From a virus (taxonomy: Duplodnaviria > Caudoviricetes): a stretch of 56,004 bases of DNA. The stretch lies in the IMG/VR virus record IMGVR_UViG_3300020178_001420, positions 1 through 56,004 of that record; one strand, 5' to 3'. The notes beneath the pieces are model-generated. The model was not told the DNA's origin, ran no database searches, and worked only from the letters and a program-made list of their open reading frames with translations. Numbering within the stretch: position 1 is the stretch's first letter; each line of letters starts with the position of its first letter. Below, piece by piece: positions 46,959-56,004 of the stretch. The translations under genes were made by a program, and so were the position numbers.

Positions 46959-47611
46959 ATCACGAACTTAAAAAACGTAAGGGTAAATGGAGGCTCAGCT
47001 CTATAGCTTGGATGGATTACGATGATGTTTGTCAAATTATTAGAGCTCATATATTTAAAAAATGGGACCAATGGGACCAAATTAGACCCCTAGCCCCTTG
47101 GGTTAATAAAATCATAACTAATCAAATTAAAAACTTGTTAAGAAATCACTACCAGAATTATGCTAAGCCTTGCATCAATTGCCCTTTTAGCTCATCTAGT
47201 GGTATTGACGACTCTTGCTCTTTCACTGTAACTCAATTACAAGACAGCAATTGTCCATTATTCAAAAAATGGAATAAGAGTAAGAAATATGCATATAGTG
47301 TTAAACTTCCATTATCCATTGAAGATAATCTCCATAAATTAACTAACCATGACCCGAATTACTTACACTCAATAGAAGATTCTATTGGCAAGGTTAATCA
47401 AATTCTCAAAGAGAAGCTTTCTGAAAAACAATTTTTCATTTACAAAATCCTCTTTATAGACAGAGCTAGCGAAGAAGAAGTTGCTGAAATTCTAGGATAT
47501 AAGACTTCTGAAAAAGGAAGAAAAGCTGGATACAAACAAATAAAAAACCTAAAGATGAAATATAAAAAAATGGTCATCGATATAATTGATAAAAACGATA
47601 TTCTATTTTAA
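46919..47611 (+). CDS. Phage RNA polymerase sigma-factor-like protein
   Basis: Region-2-like DYDDVCQIIRAHIFKKWDQWD...WVNKIITNQIKNLLR; region-4-like LSEKQ...SEEEVAEILG. Confidence 0.75.
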   Translation: MEKKSYEAFEEQIDHELKKRKGKWRLSSIAWMDYDDVCQIIRAHIFKKWDQWDQIRPLAPWVNKIITNQIKNLLRNHYQNYAKPCINCPFSSSSGIDDSCSFTVTQLQDSNCPLFKKWNKSKKYAYSVKLPLSIEDNLHKLTNHDPNYLHSIEDSIGKVNQILKEKLSEKQFFIYKILFIDRASEEEVAEILGYKTSEKGRKAGYKQIKNLKMKYKKMVIDIIDKNDILF

Positions 47612-48663
47612 TGAAATTGAATTCTGATCAAAAAAAATTTATCGATGCAAACTATATACAAATACCAGATATCGATCAATTAACAAGGACTTTATTTCAA
47701 AACGAAAAACTTGATGGAAGAAATAAAGAAGGCAAGGCTGTGGCTGCATATATGCTTGAAAGGGGTTATGGATACAAGACTAGGGTCCATGCTAAAGTCA
47801 AATCAATAGAACTCTCTGAATCTCAAAAAAGCCTAATATTAGAATATAGTGAAGATGATTTAAGTAGCCTGCAAATTGCTCAATTAATTTTTCAAGATAG
47901 AGAAGTTAAAAATTTAAGTATGGAGCAAAGAGCTGTCGCAGACTTTTTAAAAACAAATAAAAAAGGCTTCATAAAGCCTTCTGATTTGGATTTTGACAAT
48001 AAATACGAACCTCCAAAAAGCTTAGATTCTATTGTGGCAAAAATTAAAAAGCTATCCCATGCGAATATTGCTGATAAATACATAGATTTAAAAAAGCAAG
48101 ATAAAGATAAAGTAGATAATTTGAAAAAATATTTATCTTCACCTCGTTTTAGTCAATTAATGAACACATATCGATGCGATAATGCAGAACTCTTTGAGTC
48201 TGAATTTATAATGGCTACATGGGATAAGCCAGATTTAACCGCAGACGAAGTCAATCTTTACATAAATGTATGTGTTGATTATGTTAACTTAAAAACCATA
48301 CAAAGAAACATGGACAAGCTAAATGCTATGTTTGATGACTGCGAAGATCAAACCGAAATGTCTGTCAAGTTGGCTGAAATTTTAAAAGCTAAATCCTCAG
48401 AATATCATCAATGCGAACAGAGGCAAGAGTCATTAATTAAAAAACTTAATGGCGACAGATCTGTCCGAATGAAAGACAAGAAAAATCAGTATGCCTCTGT
48501 TTTGAATTTAGTTCAATCTTTTCAGGAGTATGAAGAAAGAAAAAGAATGATTGAGATAGCTGAAAAACAAAAAATGCTAGTAAATGAAGAAGCAGATAGA
48601 GTGGAAAGTATGGATAGTTGGAAGGCTAGAATTTTAGGGTTAAGGAGGGACGATGTTTTATGA
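47611..48663 (+). CDS. Hypothetical protein with tandem N-terminal repeats and coiled coil; terminase small subunit candidate
   Basis: Two ~55-aa HTH-like repeats then a coiled coil; same operon as TerL. Confidence 0.45.
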   Translation: MKLNSDQKKFIDANYIQIPDIDQLTRTLFQNEKLDGRNKEGKAVAAYMLERGYGYKTRVHAKVKSIELSESQKSLILEYSEDDLSSLQIAQLIFQDREVKNLSMEQRAVADFLKTNKKGFIKPSDLDFDNKYEPPKSLDSIVAKIKKLSHANIADKYIDLKKQDKDKVDNLKKYLSSPRFSQLMNTYRCDNAELFESEFIMATWDKPDLTADEVNLYINVCVDYVNLKTIQRNMDKLNAMFDDCEDQTEMSVKLAEILKAKSSEYHQCEQRQESLIKKLNGDRSVRMKDKKNQYASVLNLVQSFQEYEERKRMIEIAEKQKMLVNEEADRVESMDSWKARILGLRRDDVL

Positions 48664-49016
48664 AAAATAACCAAGAATTGTACTACTATAAAGTTTCTAA
48701 AGTGATTAAAGTTGTAGATGGCGATACGGTTGATGTTATGCTTGATCTCGGTTTTGATATACATATTAAATGTAGAGTTCGGTTAATGGGCATCGATGCT
48801 CCAGAGACAAGAACCAAAGACAAAGCCGAAAAGAAGAGAGGAATGGCATCAAAAGCCAGATTAAAAGATTTGCTTAAAGATGGTTTAATGTTACATTCTC
48901 ATGGAAAGGGTAAATTTGGTAGAATACTTGGGGAGTTTTATTCATGTGGAGTGAATCTAAACGCCATAATGGTTGCGGAAGGGCATGCTAAAGAATATTT
49001 CGGAGGAGAAAGGTAA
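48660..49016 (+). CDS. Thermonuclease (SNase) family protein
   Basis: VVDGDT, RVRLMGIDAPE, GKFGRILG, MVAEGHA. Confidence 0.92.
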   Translation: MKNNQELYYYKVSKVIKVVDGDTVDVMLDLGFDIHIKCRVRLMGIDAPETRTKDKAEKKRGMASKARLKDLLKDGLMLHSHGKGKFGRILGEFYSCGVNLNAIMVAEGHAKEYFGGER

Positions 49017-49022
49017 AACTAA

Positions 49023-49967
49023 ATGAACCTCGATTCGCTTACATGTAAAGTGTGCGGTAAAACTTTCACATCTTTAAAAGGTAAGCATTTACATATAAGC
49101 AAGTTTCATAATACTTCGCTTAAAGAATACTACAAAACATTTTATCCAAAACTCAGTTTATTATATCAAAAACCTATACCGTTTAAGGATGTAAATCAAT
49201 ACAAAAACACTGATTTTATTAGTAGATCTGAGTTGATTGAGTGGAGCTTAAAATCAAATAAAAAAGAAGTCCAAGATTACTTGATAAAAATTTTGCAAAA
49301 CAGAAAGAAAGCCAAAAATATTAAATTTTCTTTAAGTGAAATTGAGCTGGAGCTTTGTGATTTTCCCACTATAGCTGTCTATCAAAAAATTTTTGGAAGT
49401 TACTCTGAAGTCTGTGTAAAAATAGGTTTTAATAATTTCCTAAACAGAAACATTCCCTTAAACTTTTTCGAAGATGAAAGTTATGATGATTTAAAAATTT
49501 TTATAGATACTCGAGAGCAAAAACCTATAAAATATAATAATTCCGATTTTATGAAATTGGATTTTGGAGATTATACAGCTGCTGGCAATTTCTATGATTA
49601 CACTTTTATTGATAGAAAAAGCGAGCAAGATTTCAAATCAACTCTTAGCGGTAAAAATTTTGAAAGATTCAAGAGAGAACTGGATAGAGCTAGAGAATTT
49701 GATTCTTATGTTTTTGTTGTGGTTGAGAGCGATATAGATAAAATTAAAAAAAATAACTTATTTTCTCCTCATAAATCTAAATTACCCTACATATGGCATA
49801 ACTTGAAAGAGCTGTGTCAGGATTATAAAGACTGTTGTCAGTTTGTTTTTGCAGGAAATAGAAATGGATTGAAAAAAATCATACCAAAAATATTATTATA
49901 TGGTAAGCAGCTCTGGAAAGTTGATTTGCAATATTTCATTAACAAACAAATACAATTAAAAAAATGA
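49023..49967 (+). CDS. C2H2 zinc finger plus ERCC4/XPF-type nuclease
   Basis: CKVC...HISKFH; IDTREQKP, GDY, IDRKS..DF, RFKRELDR, VVVE. Confidence 0.85.
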   Translation: MNLDSLTCKVCGKTFTSLKGKHLHISKFHNTSLKEYYKTFYPKLSLLYQKPIPFKDVNQYKNTDFISRSELIEWSLKSNKKEVQDYLIKILQNRKKAKNIKFSLSEIELELCDFPTIAVYQKIFGSYSEVCVKIGFNNFLNRNIPLNFFEDESYDDLKIFIDTREQKPIKYNNSDFMKLDFGDYTAAGNFYDYTFIDRKSEQDFKSTLSGKNFERFKRELDRAREFDSYVFVVVESDIDKIKKNNLFSPHKSKLPYIWHNLKELCQDYKDCCQFVFAGNRNGLKKIIPKILLYGKQLWKVDLQYFINKQIQLKK

Positions 49968-50329
49968 ACAATAAACCTGAAACCTTATGGTCTTTAGATT
50001 TTATCTTTAACTTAAAAGATTGTGATATTAAATTTGAAGAAAAAACCATAAAAAATATCGGACAATCCCTGGGTGAGTTAATTGATCCTGGCGGAGAAAT
50101 CATAGGAATCGTTAATGATTTTGGAGAGCATTGCGAAGACATGCATGGATTAAGGTTTTTCCATGAAACTCAGAATTGTTTAATCACAGGCCATTTTATT
50201 TTTAAGTCAAAAAATATATATTTAAATATACATTCTTGTGCTGGATATAAACCAAGTGTGGTGCTCGCTAAAGTTATTGAATTAATGAAACCTAAAACTT
50301 ACAGCGCTCAAAAAGTTTACAGAGAATGA
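49964..50329 (+). CDS. S-adenosylmethionine decarboxylase (SpeD class 1B)-like protein, divergent
   Basis: LKDC, FG, G........QNCLITGHF, YLNIHSC..Y and terminal R follow the AdoMetDC pattern. Confidence 0.65.
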   Translation: MNNKPETLWSLDFIFNLKDCDIKFEEKTIKNIGQSLGELIDPGGEIIGIVNDFGEHCEDMHGLRFFHETQNCLITGHFIFKSKNIYLNIHSCAGYKPSVVLAKVIELMKPKTYSAQKVYRE

Positions 50330-52197
50330 GTTGGGATGCTGGAGAGCAGCAAAGAGCTATTAAGGAAGATTTTAATAAGCTTTTGCTACAGAAAAAAGGT
50401 TTTATCGAAGAAGATGAAGCTCAAATTTTGTTGTATAAATTTTTAAGGGAAAATATTACTTTTGCAACTCATTTAATAGCTGGCGTTGATTTGTTTCCCT
50501 TTCAACATATGGCCATCAAAGCAATGTTTGAAACTGATTACACTTTAGGAGTGTGGTCTCGTGGTATGTCTAAATCTTTTACAACAGGGATATATGCTTT
50601 TTTAGATGCGATATTCAATCAAGGAGTTGAGATCGGAATTCTATCAAAATCATTCAGGCAATCCAAAATGATTTTTAAAAAAATTGAAGATATTGCAGCC
50701 AAACCAGAGGCAGCTCTTTTAGCCCAATGTATTACTCATAAATCTAAAAGTAATGACGAATGGTTGATGGAAATAGGAAGCTCAAGAATTAGAGCCTTGC
50801 CTTTAGGGGATGGATCTAAATTGCGGGGATTCCGTTTTCATAGAATTATCATTGATGAATTCTTACTGATGCCAGAAAGAATTTATAACGAAGTTATTGT
50901 GCCCTTTCTTTCTGTAGTTGAAAATCCCGTAGAGAGAGAAAGAATGTATAATGTTGAAACCGAGTTAATTAAACAAGGAAAAATGAAAGAGGAGGATAGA
51001 CGTCAATGGCCAAATAATAAATTAATAGCTCTCTCTTCCGCGTCTTATAAATTTGAGTATTTATATAAACTTTATGAACAATTTGAGGGTCTTATATCTG
51101 GTAAAATCGTAGAAGACGGGGGAAATGCTACTAGGTGTATTATGCAGTTTAGTTATGATTGTGCTCCCAAAAAATTGTATGATGAAAATTTAATTTTACA
51201 GTCTAAAGCCACTATGAGCCAATCTCAATTTGATCGAGAGTTTGGCGCGATTTTCACAGATGATAGTTCTGGATATTTCAAAACTTCCAGAATGGCTTCT
51301 TGCACGATTCCAGCTGGAGAATCTCCTTCTGTTGAAGTAAAAGGAGATCCCACATCTGATTATTTAATTTCTTTTGACCCTAGCTGGGCTGAATCTGAAA
51401 GTTCTGACTTTTTCGCCATACAGGTGTTTAAACTTAATAACGAAACTAAACAAGGCACCTTGGTGCATGCATATGCACTAGCAGGAACGAACCTAAAGCA
51501 CCATATTTTTTATTTTCACTATCTTTTAAAAAATTTTAATATTAAATTCATAGTCGGAGATTATAACGGCGGACTACAATTTCTTAATGCATGTAATGAA
51601 AGCAAAATATTTAAAGATTCAAAAATAAAAATACAAAACTTAACCCCAGCTTTTGATAATCCAGAAAATTATAAAGAAGATCTCAACTTAGGGAAAAGAG
51701 AATATAATCCATCAACATACAAATATTGTATACTAAGAAAACCATCATCAGCATGGATAAGATCAGCCAACGAGCTTCTCCAAGCAAGCTTCGACCATAA
51801 AAGAATATGGTTTGCAGCAAGAGCCATCAACGACAGCTATTCCGAACAGATAAAACATAACATACCCATTGATAATATTAAATTCTTAAACACAGCCTCT
51901 AATGAAGAAAAACAATCAATAGGAGCAAAGATGATTGATTTCGTCGAACACCAATCTGATATGATTGATTTAACGAAAACGCAGTGCTCTCTTATTCAAA
52001 TCAAAACAACCCCGCAAGGAACACAAACATTTGATCTACCAGATACTTTAAAGAGGACTACAGGCCCAAATAAAGCCCGTAAAGATGCCTATTCGGCCTT
52101 AGTGTTAGGTAATTGGGGGATTAAGATATATAACGATATAAAATCTCATAAAGAGCATTATGTAGACAATTCTTTCACCCCCATGTTTATAAAATGA
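50326..52197 (+). CDS. terL: Terminase large subunit
   Basis: LFPFQ, SRGMSKS Walker A, LRGFR...IIIDE Walker B, LSSA, FDREF, SFDP nuclease motif, RKDAYSA. Confidence 0.92.
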   Translation: MSWDAGEQQRAIKEDFNKLLLQKKGFIEEDEAQILLYKFLRENITFATHLIAGVDLFPFQHMAIKAMFETDYTLGVWSRGMSKSFTTGIYAFLDAIFNQGVEIGILSKSFRQSKMIFKKIEDIAAKPEAALLAQCITHKSKSNDEWLMEIGSSRIRALPLGDGSKLRGFRFHRIIIDEFLLMPERIYNEVIVPFLSVVENPVERERMYNVETELIKQGKMKEEDRRQWPNNKLIALSSASYKFEYLYKLYEQFEGLISGKIVEDGGNATRCIMQFSYDCAPKKLYDENLILQSKATMSQSQFDREFGAIFTDDSSGYFKTSRMASCTIPAGESPSVEVKGDPTSDYLISFDPSWAESESSDFFAIQVFKLNNETKQGTLVHAYALAGTNLKHHIFYFHYLLKNFNIKFIVGDYNGGLQFLNACNESKIFKDSKIKIQNLTPAFDNPENYKEDLNLGKREYNPSTYKYCILRKPSSAWIRSANELLQASFDHKRIWFAARAINDSYSEQIKHNIPIDNIKFLNTASNEEKQSIGAKMIDFVEHQSDMIDLTKTQCSLIQIKTTPQGTQTFDLPDTLKRTTGPNKARKDAYSALVLGNWGIKIYNDIKSHKEHYVDNSFTPMFIK

Positions 52198-53210
52198 AAA
52201 CCCATGCCTTAAATATAGATTCCACTCTTGACGATTTTATTAACTTAATAAGAAATATTATTTCGCTAGACCCAGAACAATCCCAAAATACTATTATCAA
52301 AATAATAGACCCCTCGGCTTCTAATACATTTAATGAACTTTATAGCCATCGACATTTAGACAATAAGAAATTAGCATATAAAAATTTTTTAAAACCCAAT
52401 TTGGACTTGTATAAAACTCCAAACATTTTTATAGGAAATATATTTTTAGATTATAATTTTGTTGAATATATTTCTATTTGTTGCCCAGTAAAATTGCTTA
52501 AAGAAGAGTATCTTAATGCTTTTGAAGATTTAAGGCTTTTAGTAAGCATTCTTTACAGGAGATTCATTTTAAACACTAAAAAAATACTTATATGTATTTA
52601 TTCTTCGATTGATCATCAAGATAAAATCAAAAAATTAAAAAACACGATTTGGTATAAAGATTTTTCCAGAAATAGTAATTTGAATTTCTTTGAAATTTAT
52701 GGCGGAGCTGAAAACACTTACACTAAAGGCGGAAAAGTTTTTCTAAATGTTGAAGAGGGGTATGACAAGTTGAGCTTGAAAACTTTTAAAATGATTGAGC
52801 ACTTCAATAAGTATTATGATTTCGACTATTTACTTAAAATAGATTCTTCAATTATAGATAGAGATTCTTCGATAAGACAATACACGTTTCACAATTTCGA
52901 GAACAACTTTAGATATAAACTCTTTGAACGAGATTATGACGGAGTTTTAAATGTAGAAAACCACAATTTTAGGTATATTCATCAATGGGCTCAATCTAAA
53001 AACATGAAAGCATATCCAGAAAAAATTTTTAAAAATGAAAAAATACCAGATTTTTGGGGTGGTAACGCATATGCTTTATCAAAAAAATCTTGTAAAATTT
53101 TATCTCAAAATAGGGAGGTTTTTCATGATTTCAAACAATATATGTGCGGTTGCGAAGATTTGTGCGTAGGGTACATATTGAAAAAAAACGGTATTAAAAA
53201 CTGGAATTAA
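52194..53210 (+). CDS. GT31 / galactosyltransferase-like protein
   Basis: EEGYDKLSLKT, DYLLKID, GGNAYALS, EDLCVG motifs. Confidence 0.75.
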   Translation: MKTHALNIDSTLDDFINLIRNIISLDPEQSQNTIIKIIDPSASNTFNELYSHRHLDNKKLAYKNFLKPNLDLYKTPNIFIGNIFLDYNFVEYISICCPVKLLKEEYLNAFEDLRLLVSILYRRFILNTKKILICIYSSIDHQDKIKKLKNTIWYKDFSRNSNLNFFEIYGGAENTYTKGGKVFLNVEEGYDKLSLKTFKMIEHFNKYYDFDYLLKIDSSIIDRDSSIRQYTFHNFENNFRYKLFERDYDGVLNVENHNFRYIHQWAQSKNMKAYPEKIFKNEKIPDFWGGNAYALSKKSCKILSQNREVFHDFKQYMCGCEDLCVGYILKKNGIKNWN

Positions 53211-53235
53211 TTCAACCATCTTTTATATATAATAT

Positions 53236-54006
53236 ATGCATGTTTTTACATATTACGACGCCTCTGTTGGTCACCCAGGACAATCAGAACTTATAGAATT
53301 GTGGAAGAAAAGCTGGGAGAATAAAGGCTTCACACCCGTGGTCTTAACTAAGAGTCACGCTGAAGACCATAGTTATTTCAAAGAATACACAGAACAAATA
53401 GATGAAATACATAAAAAAATTATGTATGGCATTCCTGTTCGAAGTTATGGATTATCATGTTACCATAGGTGGTTGGCATATGCCACACATGGTTCAAAGC
53501 ACTACTGTTCCCTAACATGCGACTATGATGTCATAAACTTGAGTCTTGATGTAAATGAGGCTCGTAAATATCTAGAAAAATATGGAACAAAAATTGTTTT
53601 TCATCATGGGACTACCCCTTGTTTAGTTTCTGGCCAAAGAGATTTGTTTGAATTTTTATGTAAAGAAATCGTTAGAATATCCAATAAAAATGTGCATTTA
53701 CTTAAAAACACTATACATCCCCATTATAATGATCAAGAATTTGTTCAATTCAATCGGTCAGATTTATTTTTAGGACCAAATAGAAACAAATTTGAAATTA
53801 ATAACTCACTCGCTCATGAAAGAATAATAGGGGACTATGAACACTCTATCCACGATCTCTCCAAGAAACTAATTCACTTTTCACATTATTTCTGTGACTT
53901 GGCTAGAATAAAATTAAAGAAACCAGGTATGCCTATTGACGACGTTAGAATTAAAATAGTTTCTAAAATGCTCGATTTTGATAAAACCTTTTTTGATTGT
54001 TTATAA
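53236..54006 (+). CDS. Putative GT-A glycosyltransferase
   Basis: WKKSW...G..PVVL, CYHRWLAY, CDYDVIN (DxD), late NDQ and HFSH motifs. Confidence 0.6.
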   Translation: MHVFTYYDASVGHPGQSELIELWKKSWENKGFTPVVLTKSHAEDHSYFKEYTEQIDEIHKKIMYGIPVRSYGLSCYHRWLAYATHGSKHYCSLTCDYDVINLSLDVNEARKYLEKYGTKIVFHHGTTPCLVSGQRDLFEFLCKEIVRISNKNVHLLKNTIHPHYNDQEFVQFNRSDLFLGPNRNKFEINNSLAHERIIGDYEHSIHDLSKKLIHFSHYFCDLARIKLKKPGMPIDDVRIKIVSKMLDFDKTFFDCL

Positions 54007-54623
54007 TGTTAAAAAATTCAATATCTAATTTTCATAATTTAATATATATCCACATACCTAAAACTGGAGGCAATTCAATAAAACATTCCTTGGGTCATTT
54101 CGATGGGGACTCTCATTTCAAACTGAATGATTTTGATTCAAGTTATTCGGATTTCAGGTTTGCCGCTTTTGTTAGGAATCCTTGGGATAGAGTCTTTAGC
54201 GCTTATTATTATTTATTGCACAATGGGTCTGGCAATAATTTAGACCTTAACAATAAAAAACAATATATTGATCCTTATAATTCGTTTGAATCCTTTATTC
54301 TTCATGGGTTAAAGGAAGCTTCCCTTCAATGTATTCACTTTGTCCCTCAAATAGAATTTTTGAAAAGTAAAAATCATAAAATGTCTTTCATTGGAAAGCT
54401 AGAACATATGATATCTGACTTTTATTTAATGTGTCACTGTCTTCAATTAAAACCGTCTGATCATATTTGTAAAATCAATCAATCATTTAAACCTGATTAT
54501 CGCAATTATTTCACTCATGAAATGAAGGTTCGTTTATATAATACTTATATGGATGATTGCAATATCCTTGGCTATCGATTCGATGAAGCCACCGTTATAA
54601 ATTCGGGCCTAGCTTATGTTTAA
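53997..54623 (+). CDS. Sulfotransferase family 2 protein
   Basis: IHIPKTGGNS, FVRNPWDRVFSAY, HFVPQ, FIGKLE. Confidence 0.9.
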   Translation: MFIMLKNSISNFHNLIYIHIPKTGGNSIKHSLGHFDGDSHFKLNDFDSSYSDFRFAAFVRNPWDRVFSAYYYLLHNGSGNNLDLNNKKQYIDPYNSFESFILHGLKEASLQCIHFVPQIEFLKSKNHKMSFIGKLEHMISDFYLMCHCLQLKPSDHICKINQSFKPDYRNYFTHEMKVRLYNTYMDDCNILGYRFDEATVINSGLAYV

Positions 54624-54650
54624 GATTAATCGATTCCTTATTTTAGAATT

Positions 54651-56004
54651 TTAATTAAATAAACCTGTCGGCGTGGTAAAATTTTCTATATAAATCAATT
54701 CGTGTGAAATCCTGAAACTTTGCAAGCTAAAGTTTTGGTTTACAGTGGATTCTCTCCCTGCCTGATTGTTGACACTAATGTTTCCAATTTTTAAGACATC
54801 GATGGGCGAAATAGAATTTATTTTTTCGTTAAATTGATCCACCGCTACACCATTAATATATAAAATATATACACCTTCATTATTGCATATAGCTATATGA
54901 TGCCAATTTGTTCCAAATGCATTATTTGATGATAAAATTTGTTTGCCTCTAAAGTTTATTGTGATTTGGCCGTCTGCGTTTTCTGTATCTTCAGGGAGCC
55001 CGTCTATATTAATTTGTAATTCTATTCTAGAATCGGTAGATATATTACTGTCTGCCCAATGAACCAATGTATGCTTTGCTTCGTTTTGTAAATTTTGATT
55101 ATATTTTATCCAAAACTCTATTGTGAAGGCACTGTCGCTTAAACCTTCAATATATGTTGATATTTCTTGATTTTCATTAAAATTTATGGTTCTAGCTCCG
55201 AAAAGAGCACTAACATTATTAGCTTTAACTTCGCTCGTATTAGTTATAGCTCTTCCAAATGGACTTAAGTCTTTCACCTCTTCATCAACTAAGATTTTAG
55301 TCATTAATGCAGTCCCCATTCTGGTAAACCCTCTTTGAGTTGACGTGCTTTCGCCAAAAATAATATTTTCATCTAACATGGAGAATGTCATATACCCATA
55401 ATCTGATATTGCTTTTACTAAGTACCATGTCCCTGTTGAATGATTTTTTGCGAAAAGGTTTAATTGTCCACTCCCTCCTACGATTAACATTTTTTCACTT
55501 GAGCTTTCTTTACTAAACCTTTGCATTTTTATATTTCTTCCAAGGTATCTTCTGTTTTGGTCTCCTCTTATATTTTGTAAATAAGAATAAGTCCCGCTGG
55601 CATTTTTTTGAAATATAAAAACATCCCCTCTCAAGTCAAATCTTCCATTCTGACTTGCTCCAACCGCCAATGTGTCTTTGTCGATAGCCAAGGATCTGCC
55701 ATATAAAGCACTGCTCCAGTTCAGATTTGGCGCTGGTGCCGTTTGTAAGAGTCCCCAATTGCCATCAGTTTGTTTTTTATAAACATGCACTCCATGCTTT
55801 GTATAATTGAAGGCCATAAATCCATCTTTCACATCCATTGCATATCCGCCAGGATCTGCATTACTTTGTAATGGATTTTTTATAACAACAGAGTCAAAAA
55901 CCCAAGTGCCAGAAGAAGAGTTTTCTAATTTATATTGCAAGACCATGCCTTTATAGCGGGTATTACTAAAACTATCCCCCTCGATTATGTCCCTGCAAAC
56001 ATAA
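54651..56004 (-). CDS. Beta-propeller (FG-GAP-like) plus LamG/ConA domain virion protein (partial)
   Basis: YGRSLAIDKDTLAVGA repeats; FTIEFWI...WHHIAI...LYING LamG motif. The frame stays open from 55946 to the right edge. Confidence 0.8.
   Translation of the reverse strand, partial: YVCRDIIEGDSFSNTRYKGMVLQYKLENSSSGTWVFDSVVIKNPLQSNADPGGYAMDVKDGFMAFNYTKHGVHVYKKQTDGNWGLLQTAPAPNLNWSSALYGRSLAIDKDTLAVGASQNGRFDLRGDVFIFQKNASGTYSYLQNIRGDQNRRYLGRNIKMQRFSKESSSEKMLIVGGSGQLNLFAKNHSTGTWYLVKAISDYGYMTFSMLDENIIFGESTSTQRGFTRMGTALMTKILVDEEVKDLSPFGRAITNTSEVKANNVSALFGARTINFNENQEISTYIEGLSDSAFTIEFWIKYNQNLQNEAKHTLVHWADSNISTDSRIELQINIDGLPEDTENADGQITINFRGKQILSSNNAFGTNWHHIAICNNEGVYILYINGVAVDQFNEKINSISPIDVLKIGNISVNNQAGRESTVNQNFSLQSFRISHELIYIENFTTPTGLFN

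Noticed and set aside
388-50142. Numerous short ORFs in the track antisense to or nested in long genes (e.g. 388-597, 18898-19296, 20989-21393, 40139-40714)
   Set aside because: Shadow frames of long genes with recognisable motifs; they have no motifs or start context of their own.
1-56004. Stop-codon reassignment, tRNA genes, integrase or a host assignment
   Set aside because: Standard code gives dense full-length genes, intergenic gaps show no cloverleaf, no recombinase motif was seen, and the sequence alone does not identify the host.

Overview
The window is an AT-rich segment of a large tailed (siphovirus-like) phage genome. It holds an almost complete virion morphogenesis module, mostly on the minus strand: portal, prohead protease/scaffold, decoration protein, major capsid protein, neck proteins, major tail protein, a 3707-aa tape measure protein (TMP), lambda-like tail tip genes M/L/K/I and a 2802-aa J-like central fibre. 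A plus-strand block carries a J-domain protein, PhoH, a sigma-like factor, SNase, an ERCC4-type nuclease, a SpeD-like protein and the large terminase. Several glycosyltransferase- and sulfotransferase-like genes are interspersed. I saw no RNA gene, CRISPR array or integrase. The most striking observation is inside the TMP. About 1090 residues are divided by eight copies of a short (G)Gx[IVM]PN[FY](A) motif into unrelated modules, one of them a recognisable GNAT acetyltransferase. This suggests a TMP polyprotein that delivers cleavable effectors during injection. Other signals include a GTGTA+AT-rich late-promoter-like motif, a recurring [IV]xAS motif in portal and protease, internally duplicated tail-tube and Dit proteins, and a SpeD-like protein with Cys at the pyruvoyl-Ser position. 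All calls come from manual motif recognition, not database searches.
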